In this document: one piece after another, positions 9,524-15,809 of the stretch
Numbering within the stretch: the stretch's first letter is position 1
How the letters are laid out: every line of letters starts with the position of its first letter
NCBI GenBank assembly: GCA_947169935.1
Contig: CAMVRS010000060.1
Coordinates: forward strand, 1 to 21,582
Length of the DNA: 21,582 bases
Direction: 5' to 3'
Source: an uncultured Lachnospiraceae bacterium
GTDB taxonomy: Bacteria > Bacillota > Clostridia > Lachnospirales > Lachnospiraceae
Program-made: the position numbers and the translations under genes
Notes under the pieces: generated by a model
Database searches by the model: none
Told to the model about the DNA's origin: nothing
Seen by the model: only the letters and a program-made list of their open reading frames with translations

Positions 9524-9865
9524 CTATATAAAATCCCGTATACTCATGCCTGGAGCATTCCAGGGGCACCCCGGTCCGTAATCACCGGCTGTGGCGGACG
9601 GAGTGTAGTATCTCTCGTCATCATCGGTTTCAATCTCCCCGATCAGCTCTGAGAATGTGCAGCCGGTGAAAGCAGAAAGGATATCGTCGATAAACCCTGT
9701 CTGGGTCTCTGACTCTGCCCGCGCTATGGACTCAAAGATCGCTTTTACGATACCATCATTAGCGTAGTGAAGAGTTTCGAACGCCTTTTCGCTTATGGTC
9801 TCCGTAAGCTTATTTCGGTCTATTGTGGGCAGGGATTTCTTTATTCTAAGTAATTCTTTTGTCAT
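9524..9865 (-). CDS. hypothetical protein (113 aa)
   Basis: ATG at 9865 preceded by AAGGAGAAATAAAA. Its stop lies 10 nt before the next gene, so it is probably co-transcribed with 8809..9513. The C-terminus is ...GDYGPGCPWNAPGMSIRDFI. Confidence 0.7.
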   Translation of the reverse strand: MTKELLRIKKSLPTIDRNKLTETISEKAFETLHYANDGIVKAIFESIARAESETQTGFIDDILSAFTGCTFSELIGEIETDDDERYYTPSATAGDYGPGCPWNAPGMSIRDFI

Positions 9866-9928
9866 TTTTATTTCTCCTTTCGTTTATATATATCTGATAC
9901 TGATAATATGCATAAAAGCGTTCTGATA

Positions 9929-9964
9929 TAAAAAACGGCCTCCGGATGCCGAAAGCCGTTATTT
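9929..9964 (-). terminator. probable intrinsic terminator after the 79-aa gene
   Basis: Stem AACGGC (9934-9939) / GCCGTT (9955-9960) with a 15-nt loop. A/T runs flank both sides, and the structure starts immediately after the stop at 9965-9967. Confidence 0.45.
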
Positions 9965-10204
9965 TTACTGCCAGATCCCGTAGGATATGGTGTTATCCGA
10001 TATTCTGTTGATGCGCGTTAACAGTTTAAGCCTTTCCCCTGTATTTATATCGTATAGCTGGAGCAGGTCAATGCTGCGGCGCATATCAAAGTCCTTTACT
10101 ATCCTTGAAGCCTTTTTCTTCATCTCTTCTAAAGATGAGGCTTCGATCTTGCGGTTATCAAGACCCTGCAGGATGCCAAAGAACTTTTTCTTTCTCCAGA
10201 ACAT
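9965..10204 (-). CDS. small hypothetical protein (79 aa)
   Basis: ATG at 10204 preceded by AAAGGAGGATATGCT. A terminator-like hairpin follows directly downstream. Confidence 0.55.
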   Translation of the reverse strand: MFWRKKKFFGILQGLDNRKIEASSLEEMKKKASRIVKDFDMRRSIDLLQLYDINTGERLKLLTRINRISDNTISYGIWQ

Positions 10205-10293
10205 AGCATATCCTCCTTTTTTATATCATATACATATATAATATATGAAAAAGGATACTATATAAAAAAAGACAGAACATATGCTAAGAAGTT

Positions 10294-10488
10294 TTATATG
10301 CCTCTTTTTCTTCCGGCATATTCAACAAACTCTGACATTTCTTTTCCTGTTTCGATCGTTGATTTTAAAGTATTCAGATATTCTTCCTGACTGCACAAAT
10401 AATCATCAGGACATGGTACATACCCGAATTTGTCTTTGTATTGAAGATTGAGGGGCTGACAGACCTTTCCGAATTCAATCGATGTCAT
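10294..10488 (-). CDS. small hypothetical protein (64 aa); start uncertain
   Basis: The track ORF 10294..10512 starts at a GTG that lies inside the IscB-element end hairpin. The first ATG is at 10488 (MTSIEFGKV...) and has no convincing SD. Low-confidence gene. Confidence 0.35.
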   Translation of the reverse strand: MTSIEFGKVCQPLNLQYKDKFGYVPCPDDYLCSQEEYLNTLKSTIETGKEMSEFVEYAGRKRGI

Positions 10489-10507
10489 AAAAATCTCGGC
10501 GTGGAAA

Positions 10508-10527
10508 CCCACAGGCTTGCCTGCGGG
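10508..10527 (-). repeat. right-end (RE) subterminal hairpin of the IscB element
   Basis: 8-bp stem (one G-U pair) with a CAAG loop, 12 nt downstream of the iscB stop. It differs at 3 of 20 positions from the hairpin at 12022-12041. Confidence 0.65.
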
Positions 10528-10538
10528 AGGAACCGCCT

Positions 10539-11777
10539 CTAACCTACCTTTCTTTGTTCTATAAGAATATTTTTACGCATTTCCAGCATCCGAAGATTCT
10601 TACATCCTACGGATGCATTCACTTTAGTACCATCTAAAAGCCGTAAATCCATTCGGCCTGTGGAACGTCTGCCAAATATAAAACAGTTTTGTACTTTCCA
10701 CTTTACTTTATCATAAAGCCTGAATCCCATTACCTCATAGGGAGCCTGATTACGCTTTCTGATGCCACCCTTAAGGATAGTGTTCTTATGTATCTGACGG
10801 TTATGGCATCTTACTTTCTTTTGGTAATATACCGTTCCGTCTGATACAGCCTTTGGATTACCGCTTATACAACGGGCATCTATATAATGGTCTTTTGGCA
10901 AATCGTTCTCTATACGGGTATTCTTTGTAATGTATCCGTAAGTCAGGTTTACATTTGGATATACCTTTTTAAGTTTATTGTATATAGACCATCGTAAAAT
11001 CCCCATGAAAGCAGCATCCTTAAACAACATTCCTCGCTTTATGGTCTTTGGTAATCTGACAGTACCTTTATGATGACCAGTATGACAGGTTTTACATAAG
11101 GTAATCAGATTATTAGGAGCATTGCCGCCTGTTTTCCTGCTTTCAATATGATGTACATTCAGGATTTCGTCTTTTGACTTACCTTTACAGCACTGACAGG
11201 TATGACCATCCCTGAACAGTATATATTCCCTGACATTCCAGAAATCTGACTGTTCGCCTTGCTGGTAATCCGTACCGCTTATCATAGGATTTTTTATCTT
11301 TTGGATATCAAAGGATGCAACCTCTATTATAATTTTGGTAATCGGGAGTATCTCATGTACTCTGCGGATCACTGTCAGGTGGGTATCTGCTTTATTCTGG
11401 ACCGAAGGAGCTAACCATCCATCCTTACGCCTGCGGTTATCAAAACGCGGTTTGCGGTATCTGGTTTTACGGTTTCTTCTGGTCCTGCGGTTCTGTCTGC
11501 GGGTAGAAAGCAAATCTACTATATCGTTTCGCAGTTCTATATCGGACTCGAATAATACTTTGTTTTCTGTAGTTGCTGAAAGACCGATATGCTTACTTCC
11601 GCTATCTACACCTAAAGTAATGTCTTGTGTATAGTTCTTGCTGCTATACAGCAGTTGTATCGTAAACGGACATCTTTTGATTACCTTTGCCTTTTGGGTT
11701 TTTAACAGAATACGGACTTTTGCATGGTTTTCCGTGGGCATTAAAGGCTGTCCGTTTGAACTTATAACGTAAACCAT
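10539..11777 (-). CDS. iscB: IscB RNA-guided nuclease (412 aa)
   Basis: N-terminal PLMP motif (NGQPLMPT). RuvC-I LGVDSGSKHIGLS. Arg-rich bridge helix RRQNRRTRRNRKTRYRKPRFDNRRR. RuvC-II IIIEVASFD. HNH CQCCKG...NVHHIESRKTGGNAPNNLITLCKTCHTGHH. RuvC-III DHYIDARCI. C-terminal TID-like segment YEVMGFRLYDKVKW...IFGRRSTGRMDLRLLDG. ATG at 11777 with AAGGAG 9 nt upstream. Confidence 0.9.
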   Translation of the reverse strand: MVYVISSNGQPLMPTENHAKVRILLKTQKAKVIKRCPFTIQLLYSSKNYTQDITLGVDSGSKHIGLSATTENKVLFESDIELRNDIVDLLSTRRQNRRTRRNRKTRYRKPRFDNRRRKDGWLAPSVQNKADTHLTVIRRVHEILPITKIIIEVASFDIQKIKNPMISGTDYQQGEQSDFWNVREYILFRDGHTCQCCKGKSKDEILNVHHIESRKTGGNAPNNLITLCKTCHTGHHKGTVRLPKTIKRGMLFKDAAFMGILRWSIYNKLKKVYPNVNLTYGYITKNTRIENDLPKDHYIDARCISGNPKAVSDGTVYYQKKVRCHNRQIHKNTILKGGIRKRNQAPYEVMGFRLYDKVKWKVQNCFIFGRRSTGRMDLRLLDGTKVNASVGCKNLRMLEMRKNILIEQRKVG

Positions 11778-12051
11778 AAGGTCCGTCTCCTTTCTAACTC
11801 AGTTAAGAGTTAATCACTCACTCCGAAGAGCGGTTAGTGTACCATCGCCAATGTTAATGAGAGGTTTTATGCAAGCAACACTGTTCCTATACCTCAGAAC
11901 CGTTTAATCACTTACCTTAGAGCTACAGACTTGGTACTATATCCGTAGGTAACTATATATTCTCTCCTAACGTAGTCTCTGTTTCAAGGCTTAGGCTACT
12001 CACTCAGGGTTGTCATGCAACCCCACGGGCTTGCCCGTGGGTATTAGTGAG
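11778..12051 (-). ncRNA. putative omega-RNA scaffold of IscB (the guide would lie immediately 5', about 12052-12070)
   Basis: A non-coding ~275 nt stretch directly upstream of iscB, which is where omega-RNAs are encoded. In minus-strand reading it is dense in helices. A closing helix CTCACT (12051-12046) / AGTGAG (12004-11999) encloses the LE hairpin and a second hairpin GGTTG-CATGA-CAACC (12022-12008). Further features are CTC-UUCG-GAG near 11830 and TAACTC-TTAACT-GAGTTA just before the SD. The ends are not determined. Confidence 0.6.
12022..12041 (-). repeat. left-end (LE) subterminal hairpin of the IscB element
   Basis: Perfect 8-bp stem CCCACGGG/CCCGTGGG with a CAAG loop. It is the counterpart of the hairpin at 10508-10527. 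Confidence 0.65.
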
Positions 12052-12115
12052 ATCTCATTCTCCTCATTAAATCTTTTAAATTTACATATACTCTGTATAT
12101 AATGTAAATCTGAGG

Positions 12116-12625
12116 TTATTCGCCTAACCCCCAGTCGTCTTTGCTCTTTTTCAGATCTGCCATCTTAGCTTTGTTCATGGCTATTCGTATCTGTCTCATT
12201 TTTTCTTCTGCAGCCTTATTGGGGGTTGTTGCTATCATATTTTTTGCTCCTTTAAGATTATCTTCTTTAATGATAGCATCACCGACTTTTGTTCCCAGGG
12301 ATTTGCCATCGCCTTCTTTGACGTTTCTTGCCGGTGTGAGTCCTAAGTTTGTCCCGCCAAGACCACCTTCCGGTTCTGCGGGAGCTCCGTCTGCTCCGCC
12401 GTCCGAATCCCTGTTATCCTTTTTATCTTCCTGTTCTTGTTTTGTTTGCCTTTGGCTTCTTTCGTCTATCGGATATGTTGGTCCGGGCAGGGCCTTATTC
12501 CCTGTCGGTGCTGCCAAAGAAGAATCAATGGTATCAAATGAATCATCTTTCAGCCGCCGAGCGGCATTTTTCGTTTTGGCATCCAGGGCTCTAGCTTTTA
12601 ATTCGCTTATTTTTGTTTCTGGCAT
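12116..12625 (-). CDS. hypothetical low-complexity (K/D/G/E-rich, probably disordered) protein, 169 aa
   Basis: Track ORF 12116..12682. I prefer the ATG at 12625 (MPETKISELKARALD...), which is preceded by AAAGGAGGTTATATAC. The antisense ORF 12141..12776 is longer but has no SD, and its composition looks like the mirror of this frame. Confidence 0.55.
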   Translation of the reverse strand: MPETKISELKARALDAKTKNAARRLKDDSFDTIDSSLAAPTGNKALPGPTYPIDERSQRQTKQEQEDKKDNRDSDGGADGAPAEPEGGLGGTNLGLTPARNVKEGDGKSLGTKVGDAIIKEDNLKGAKNMIATTPNKAAEEKMRQIRIAMNKAKMADLKKSKDDWGLGE

Positions 12626-12680
12626 GTATATAACCTCCTTTATAACATTTATGGATAATGACCAGGAAAAGCACTGCCTC

Positions 12681-12712
12681 AAAAAACCATCAGCAGGAAC
12701 CGGATTGCTGAT
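12681..12712 (-). terminator. candidate intrinsic terminator at the distal end of CRISPR-array transcription
   Basis: In minus-strand reading: ATCAGCA-ATCCGGTTCC-TGCTGAT (stem arms at 12706-12712 and 12689-12695), followed by GG and TTTTTT (complement of 12681-12686). Confidence 0.45.
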
Positions 12713-12825
12713 ACATCTTACATTCCTTTCACAGGATATGCCAAGAAAATGCGTATTTTTATTATGTGCAGTTTAGAGAAACACATCCTGTTACCGAAAT
12801 AGACATATTGTTTTATAATACCTCT

Positions 12826-12921
12826 TTTTAAATTCACGTGCTTTCATAACACGACAAAAAACGTAAAACGCATAAGCTTATCATCAGTCATTTCTATTTA
12901 CATAATCATACAGGTTACGAC
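12826..12921 (-). repeat. two decayed terminal CRISPR repeats with the ancestral spacer between them
   Basis: 12890-12921 (atttctatttacataatcatacaggttacgac) matches the repeat consensus at 22 of 32 positions and keeps the 66-nt phase with the repeat at 12956. 12826-12855 (ttttaaattcacgtgctttcataacacgac) resembles the cgcatgt...acatgcg repeat variant with 2 deletions. The gaps between units are 34 and 34 nt. Confidence 0.5.
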
Positions 12922-12955
12922 CAAATTCTTCTCTATGTGCTTAAATTATAATGCG

Positions 12956-14307
12956 ATTCCAATTCACGCATACTCGTGGGGTGCGACCTTTTATAGTAAT
13001 AGATGTCCCTTTTCCAGCCCATTTCAATTCACACAACTGCGTAGGTTGTGACTTGCGGCAATGACCGGCGGATACTCATTCATCACAATTTCAATTCACA
13101 CAACCGTATAAGTTGCGACCTAAGTTTTTTCACAAAATAAGTTTTAATATGTAATTTCAATTCACGCATACTCGCGGGTTGCGACCCATTTCATCAGCTT
13201 CGAGTGTCGAATAAATCTATTTCAATTCACGCATGTGTATAACATGCGACGTGAGTATTTTTTGTATTGAAAGGAGAAAACTATGATTTCAATTCACGCA
13301 TGTGTACAACATGCGACTGTTCTACGCCAGCCCCGATCTTCCATCTCACGGACATTTCAATTCACACAACCGTGTAAGTTGTGACTCAGTGGTTGGGTAT
13401 CAGTAATTATAGAAAATCATTTCAATTCACACAACCGCGTATGTTGTGACTAATCTTAAGAATCGTAAATCTACAACTTATTTTTATTTCAATTCCCACA
13501 ACAGCGTAGGTTGTGACACTGGGATAACCTCTTTAATTTCGTTGGGAGTGCCATTTCAATTCACACAACCGCGTAGGTTATGACTTTTTCTGTATCAAAA
13601 AAAGTGACAAAACATAATGATTTCAATTCACACAACCACGTAGGTTGTGACGCATCACCAGCTCCTTATAATACCCTGTCACATCATTTCAATTCACACA
13701 ACCGCGTAGGTTGTGACAAAATAATTGACGCAAAATCCAAAACTTATTTTATTTCAATTCACGCATACTCGAGGGTTGCGACATGAGCAGTCATAATCCT
13801 AATGTATTTTTCATGATTTCAATTCACGCAACAACGTAAGCTGCGACCTTTTATAGTAATAGATGTCCCTTTTCCAGCCCATTTCAATTCCCACAACCGC
13901 GTAGGTTGTGACTAATCAATCGTATACGTATGGCGGACAAAAACGCATTTTAATTCACACAACTGCGTAGGTTGTGACGCGTCCTCCTTGTTAATAAGGG
14001 CTTTCTCACGACAATTTCAATTCACACAACCGCGTAGGTTGTGACAGGGTTATTGACGATATCGATCCAGTCGTCCAAATTTCAATTCACACAACCGTGT
14101 AGGTTGTGACAGAATCGTTTGTTCCAGAGCGCGAGACATACAAGATTTCAATTCACACAACCGTGTAGGTTGTGACTCCTTACGGTATTCCAAAAGTCCT
14201 TCCTGCAATATTTCAATTCACACAACCGTGTAGGTTGTGACGGGAGAGGAGACGAAAAGATACAAGACCGCAAAAATTTCAATTCACACAACCGTGTAGG
14301 TTGTGAC
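12956..14307 (-). CRISPR. type I-C CRISPR array: 21 repeats of 32 nt, 20 spacers of 33-36 nt
   Basis: Repeat starts: 12956, 13021, 13088, 13154, 13219, 13286, 13354, 13419, 13486, 13553, 13620, 13686, 13751, 13816, 13881, 13947, 14014, 14079, 14145, 14210, 14276. The leader-proximal consensus, read on the minus strand, is GTCACAACCTACACGGTTGTGTGAATTGAAAT: a 7-bp stem-loop followed by the ...ATTGAAAT end typical of I-C repeats. The orientation is the same as the cas genes. The four repeats nearest the cas genes are identical, and the distal ones diverge. Confidence 0.97.
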
Positions 14308-14499
14308 AGCAAAATAAAACCAAATAATACCCTTCTTTAATACTACTTTGGTAAATCTCGTCTTATAACTATTATATTATTCATTCATTTCTGTATATAA
14401 TTGTCAATGTGCGGGACAAAACATCAACGTTTTTATATAGCAGACGGTGCGAAGGATCCGCAAATCACATGTCTGCTTCACCTTCGCACCAGATATAAC
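14308..14499 (-). promoter_or_regulatory. CRISPR leader (AT-rich) between the cas7 stop and the first repeat
   Basis: A 192 nt non-coding, AT-rich stretch adjacent to the homogeneous end of the array. On the minus strand there is a perfect TTGACA (14407-14402), but no good -10 at 17 nt (ATGAAT), so the promoter is not pinned down. It also contains a 10-bp perfect inverted repeat (14446-14455 / 14481-14490). Confidence 0.6.
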
Positions 14500-15360
14500 T
14501 TATTCGTATACCTTAACTTCTATCTCTGCAGGTATATCCTTGTCTATCTTGAACTCATAATCCTTAAAGCTTCTTGCCGGGGCTGCGGGATCCTTACGTG
14601 TTATGGATACCTTATCGAAGAGCTTGTAGTAAGGAGCGTTTCCGTGCTTGCTCTGATGCTTAAAGACGATAAGCTTTCTTGCTACAACATGTCCTCTTGA
14701 AGATGAGGTATCCTCACTCCACATATTCTGCAGCGCGTCGATCAGTGCCTGCATGTCTTCCTCACTGAACCCGGTCTTCTCTGCCAGCTCTGCTGACACA
14801 TGACCTTCAAATATGTACAGACCATAAGGAACTATGAACTTGTTGCCCATTGTATTATCGTGGGTCTTCTTCTCATTCTCCGTTGCAACAGCGCAGCGGG
14901 TAATGGTGATCTCCTGGGGGACGATAGGGTCAACGGAACGTCCGAAGCTTACCTGTACGGGACCCTTTACCTGCGCATTCAGGTTCATCTTTGCAAAACC
15001 GGTAAGGACTGCTCCAAAAGCGCGGATATCGAAATAGTTATCGCACATGAAGCTATGCAGCTTTGAGCCTATCTCAGGATCCTCTTTCTTTGATCCGCCT
15101 CCAACAGCCTCATAAGCAGCTGAGTCCTTACTGTTAAGGAAGTCATCGCTCTGGATATAGATGTTGTATCCGGCTTTATCGCTCATGCTCCTGGTCATAT
15201 AGTCGCGGATCTTTTTCTTAAGGCATACGTCAGTAATGATGCCGTGTCCGGTCTCAGCGTCCTGTCTGGGCATGTTCCCCATGTCGGGATCGCCATTAGG
15301 GTTACTGTTGATAACCTCTACTGCCAATAAGAAATCGTACCTGTTCTTTAATGCTGCCAT
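14500..15360 (-). CDS. cas7: type I-C Cascade backbone subunit Cas7c (Csd2), 286 aa
   Basis: The N-terminus (RYDFLLAVEVINSNPNGDPDMGNMPRQDAETGHGIITDVCLKKKIRDY) is the Csd2/Cas7 I-C signature. AAGGAG lies 10 nt upstream of the ATG at 15360. Confidence 0.95.
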   Translation of the reverse strand: MAALKNRYDFLLAVEVINSNPNGDPDMGNMPRQDAETGHGIITDVCLKKKIRDYMTRSMSDKAGYNIYIQSDDFLNSKDSAAYEAVGGGSKKEDPEIGSKLHSFMCDNYFDIRAFGAVLTGFAKMNLNAQVKGPVQVSFGRSVDPIVPQEITITRCAVATENEKKTHDNTMGNKFIVPYGLYIFEGHVSAELAEKTGFSEEDMQALIDALQNMWSEDTSSSRGHVVARKLIVFKHQSKHGNAPYYKLFDKVSITRKDPAAPARSFKDYEFKIDKDIPAEIEVKVYE

Positions 15361-15395
15361 GTTTTTATTTCTCCTTTTCTATTTATTTTTATTGT

Positions 15396-15809
15396 TTAGT
15401 TTTCTGCTGCTTCTGTATTTTCAGAAGATGCTGCTTCTTTTTTCTCTTTGGGAGTAAAGTAGTATGCTTTCTGGTGGTAGTACCCAAGCTGGAACCTGCT
15501 CTGCTCTTCCAGGGACATGCGGGTAGGATATGTAGTGCTTATCCTGTTTAGCAGTTCTTCCATCTGTCTCTCAAGGTGGATCGCCACGCCCCTCTTTTCA
15601 TCGATCTTTTTCATCTTCTTGAGATGATACTCCGAATGGTTCACGAGCATAGGGAATACCATTGCGGGAGTGACTGATGCAGAGTAGATGTACTTGTCGC
15701 GGATAGTCTTCTGTATGTTCCTGATCGCCTCTATCTGAGTGCGCTCCAGCAGGAAAAACAAACGTCCGAGAATGTATGCCTGATCGTCACATTCATTGTT
15801 AAGAGCCAC
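15396..15809 (-). CDS. cas11: predicted Cas11c small subunit made by internal initiation within cas8c (137 aa)
   Basis: Perfect AAGGAGG (complement of 15818-15824), an 8-nt spacer, then an in-frame GTG at 15809-15807. The product starts (M)ALNNECDDQAYILGRLFFLLERTQ..., which is the helical C-terminal bundle of Cas8c. Internal translation of Cas11 from cas8c is established for type I-C. This particular start is predicted from sequence only. Confidence 0.55.
   Translation of the reverse strand: MALNNECDDQAYILGRLFFLLERTQIEAIRNIQKTIRDKYIYSASVTPAMVFPMLVNHSEYHLKKMKKIDEKRGVAIHLERQMEELLNRISTTYPTRMSLEEQSRFQLGYYHQKAYYFTPKEKKEAASSENTEAAEN

Larger units (their letters stand above)
10495..12070 (-). mobile_element. 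non-autonomous IS200/IS605-family element carrying iscB + omega-RNA (no tnpA); boundaries approximate
   Basis: iscB is flanked by two near-identical subterminal hairpins. In minus-strand reading these are CCCACGGG-CAAG-CCCGTGGG (12041-12022) and CCCGCAGG-CAAG-CCTGTGGG (10527-10508). No inverted terminal repeats and no HUH/Y1 transposase ORF were found in the window. The exact ends cannot be set without a comparison copy or an empty site. Confidence 0.7.

Noticed and set aside
12141-12776. 211-aa plus-strand ORF antisense to the 169-aa gene
   Set aside because: It has no SD, runs across the terminator-like hairpin, and its Ser/Leu/Pro/Phe-rich translation is the mirror image of the K/D/G/E-rich minus-strand frame, which does have a strong SD. 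The real gene call here remains only moderate in confidence.
13580-13786. 68-aa ORF inside the CRISPR array
   Set aside because: It reads through repeats and spacers (the repeated FNSHN...VGCD comes from the repeat itself). It is an artefact of the periodic sequence.
10539-14307. IscB functionally using the neighbouring CRISPR array (a CRISPR-associated IscB intermediate)
   Set aside because: The array repeats carry the I-C signature and sit behind the cas7 leader. IscB has its own structured upstream RNA and its own transposon ends, and a separate gene lies between them. The adjacency is best explained by IS insertion.
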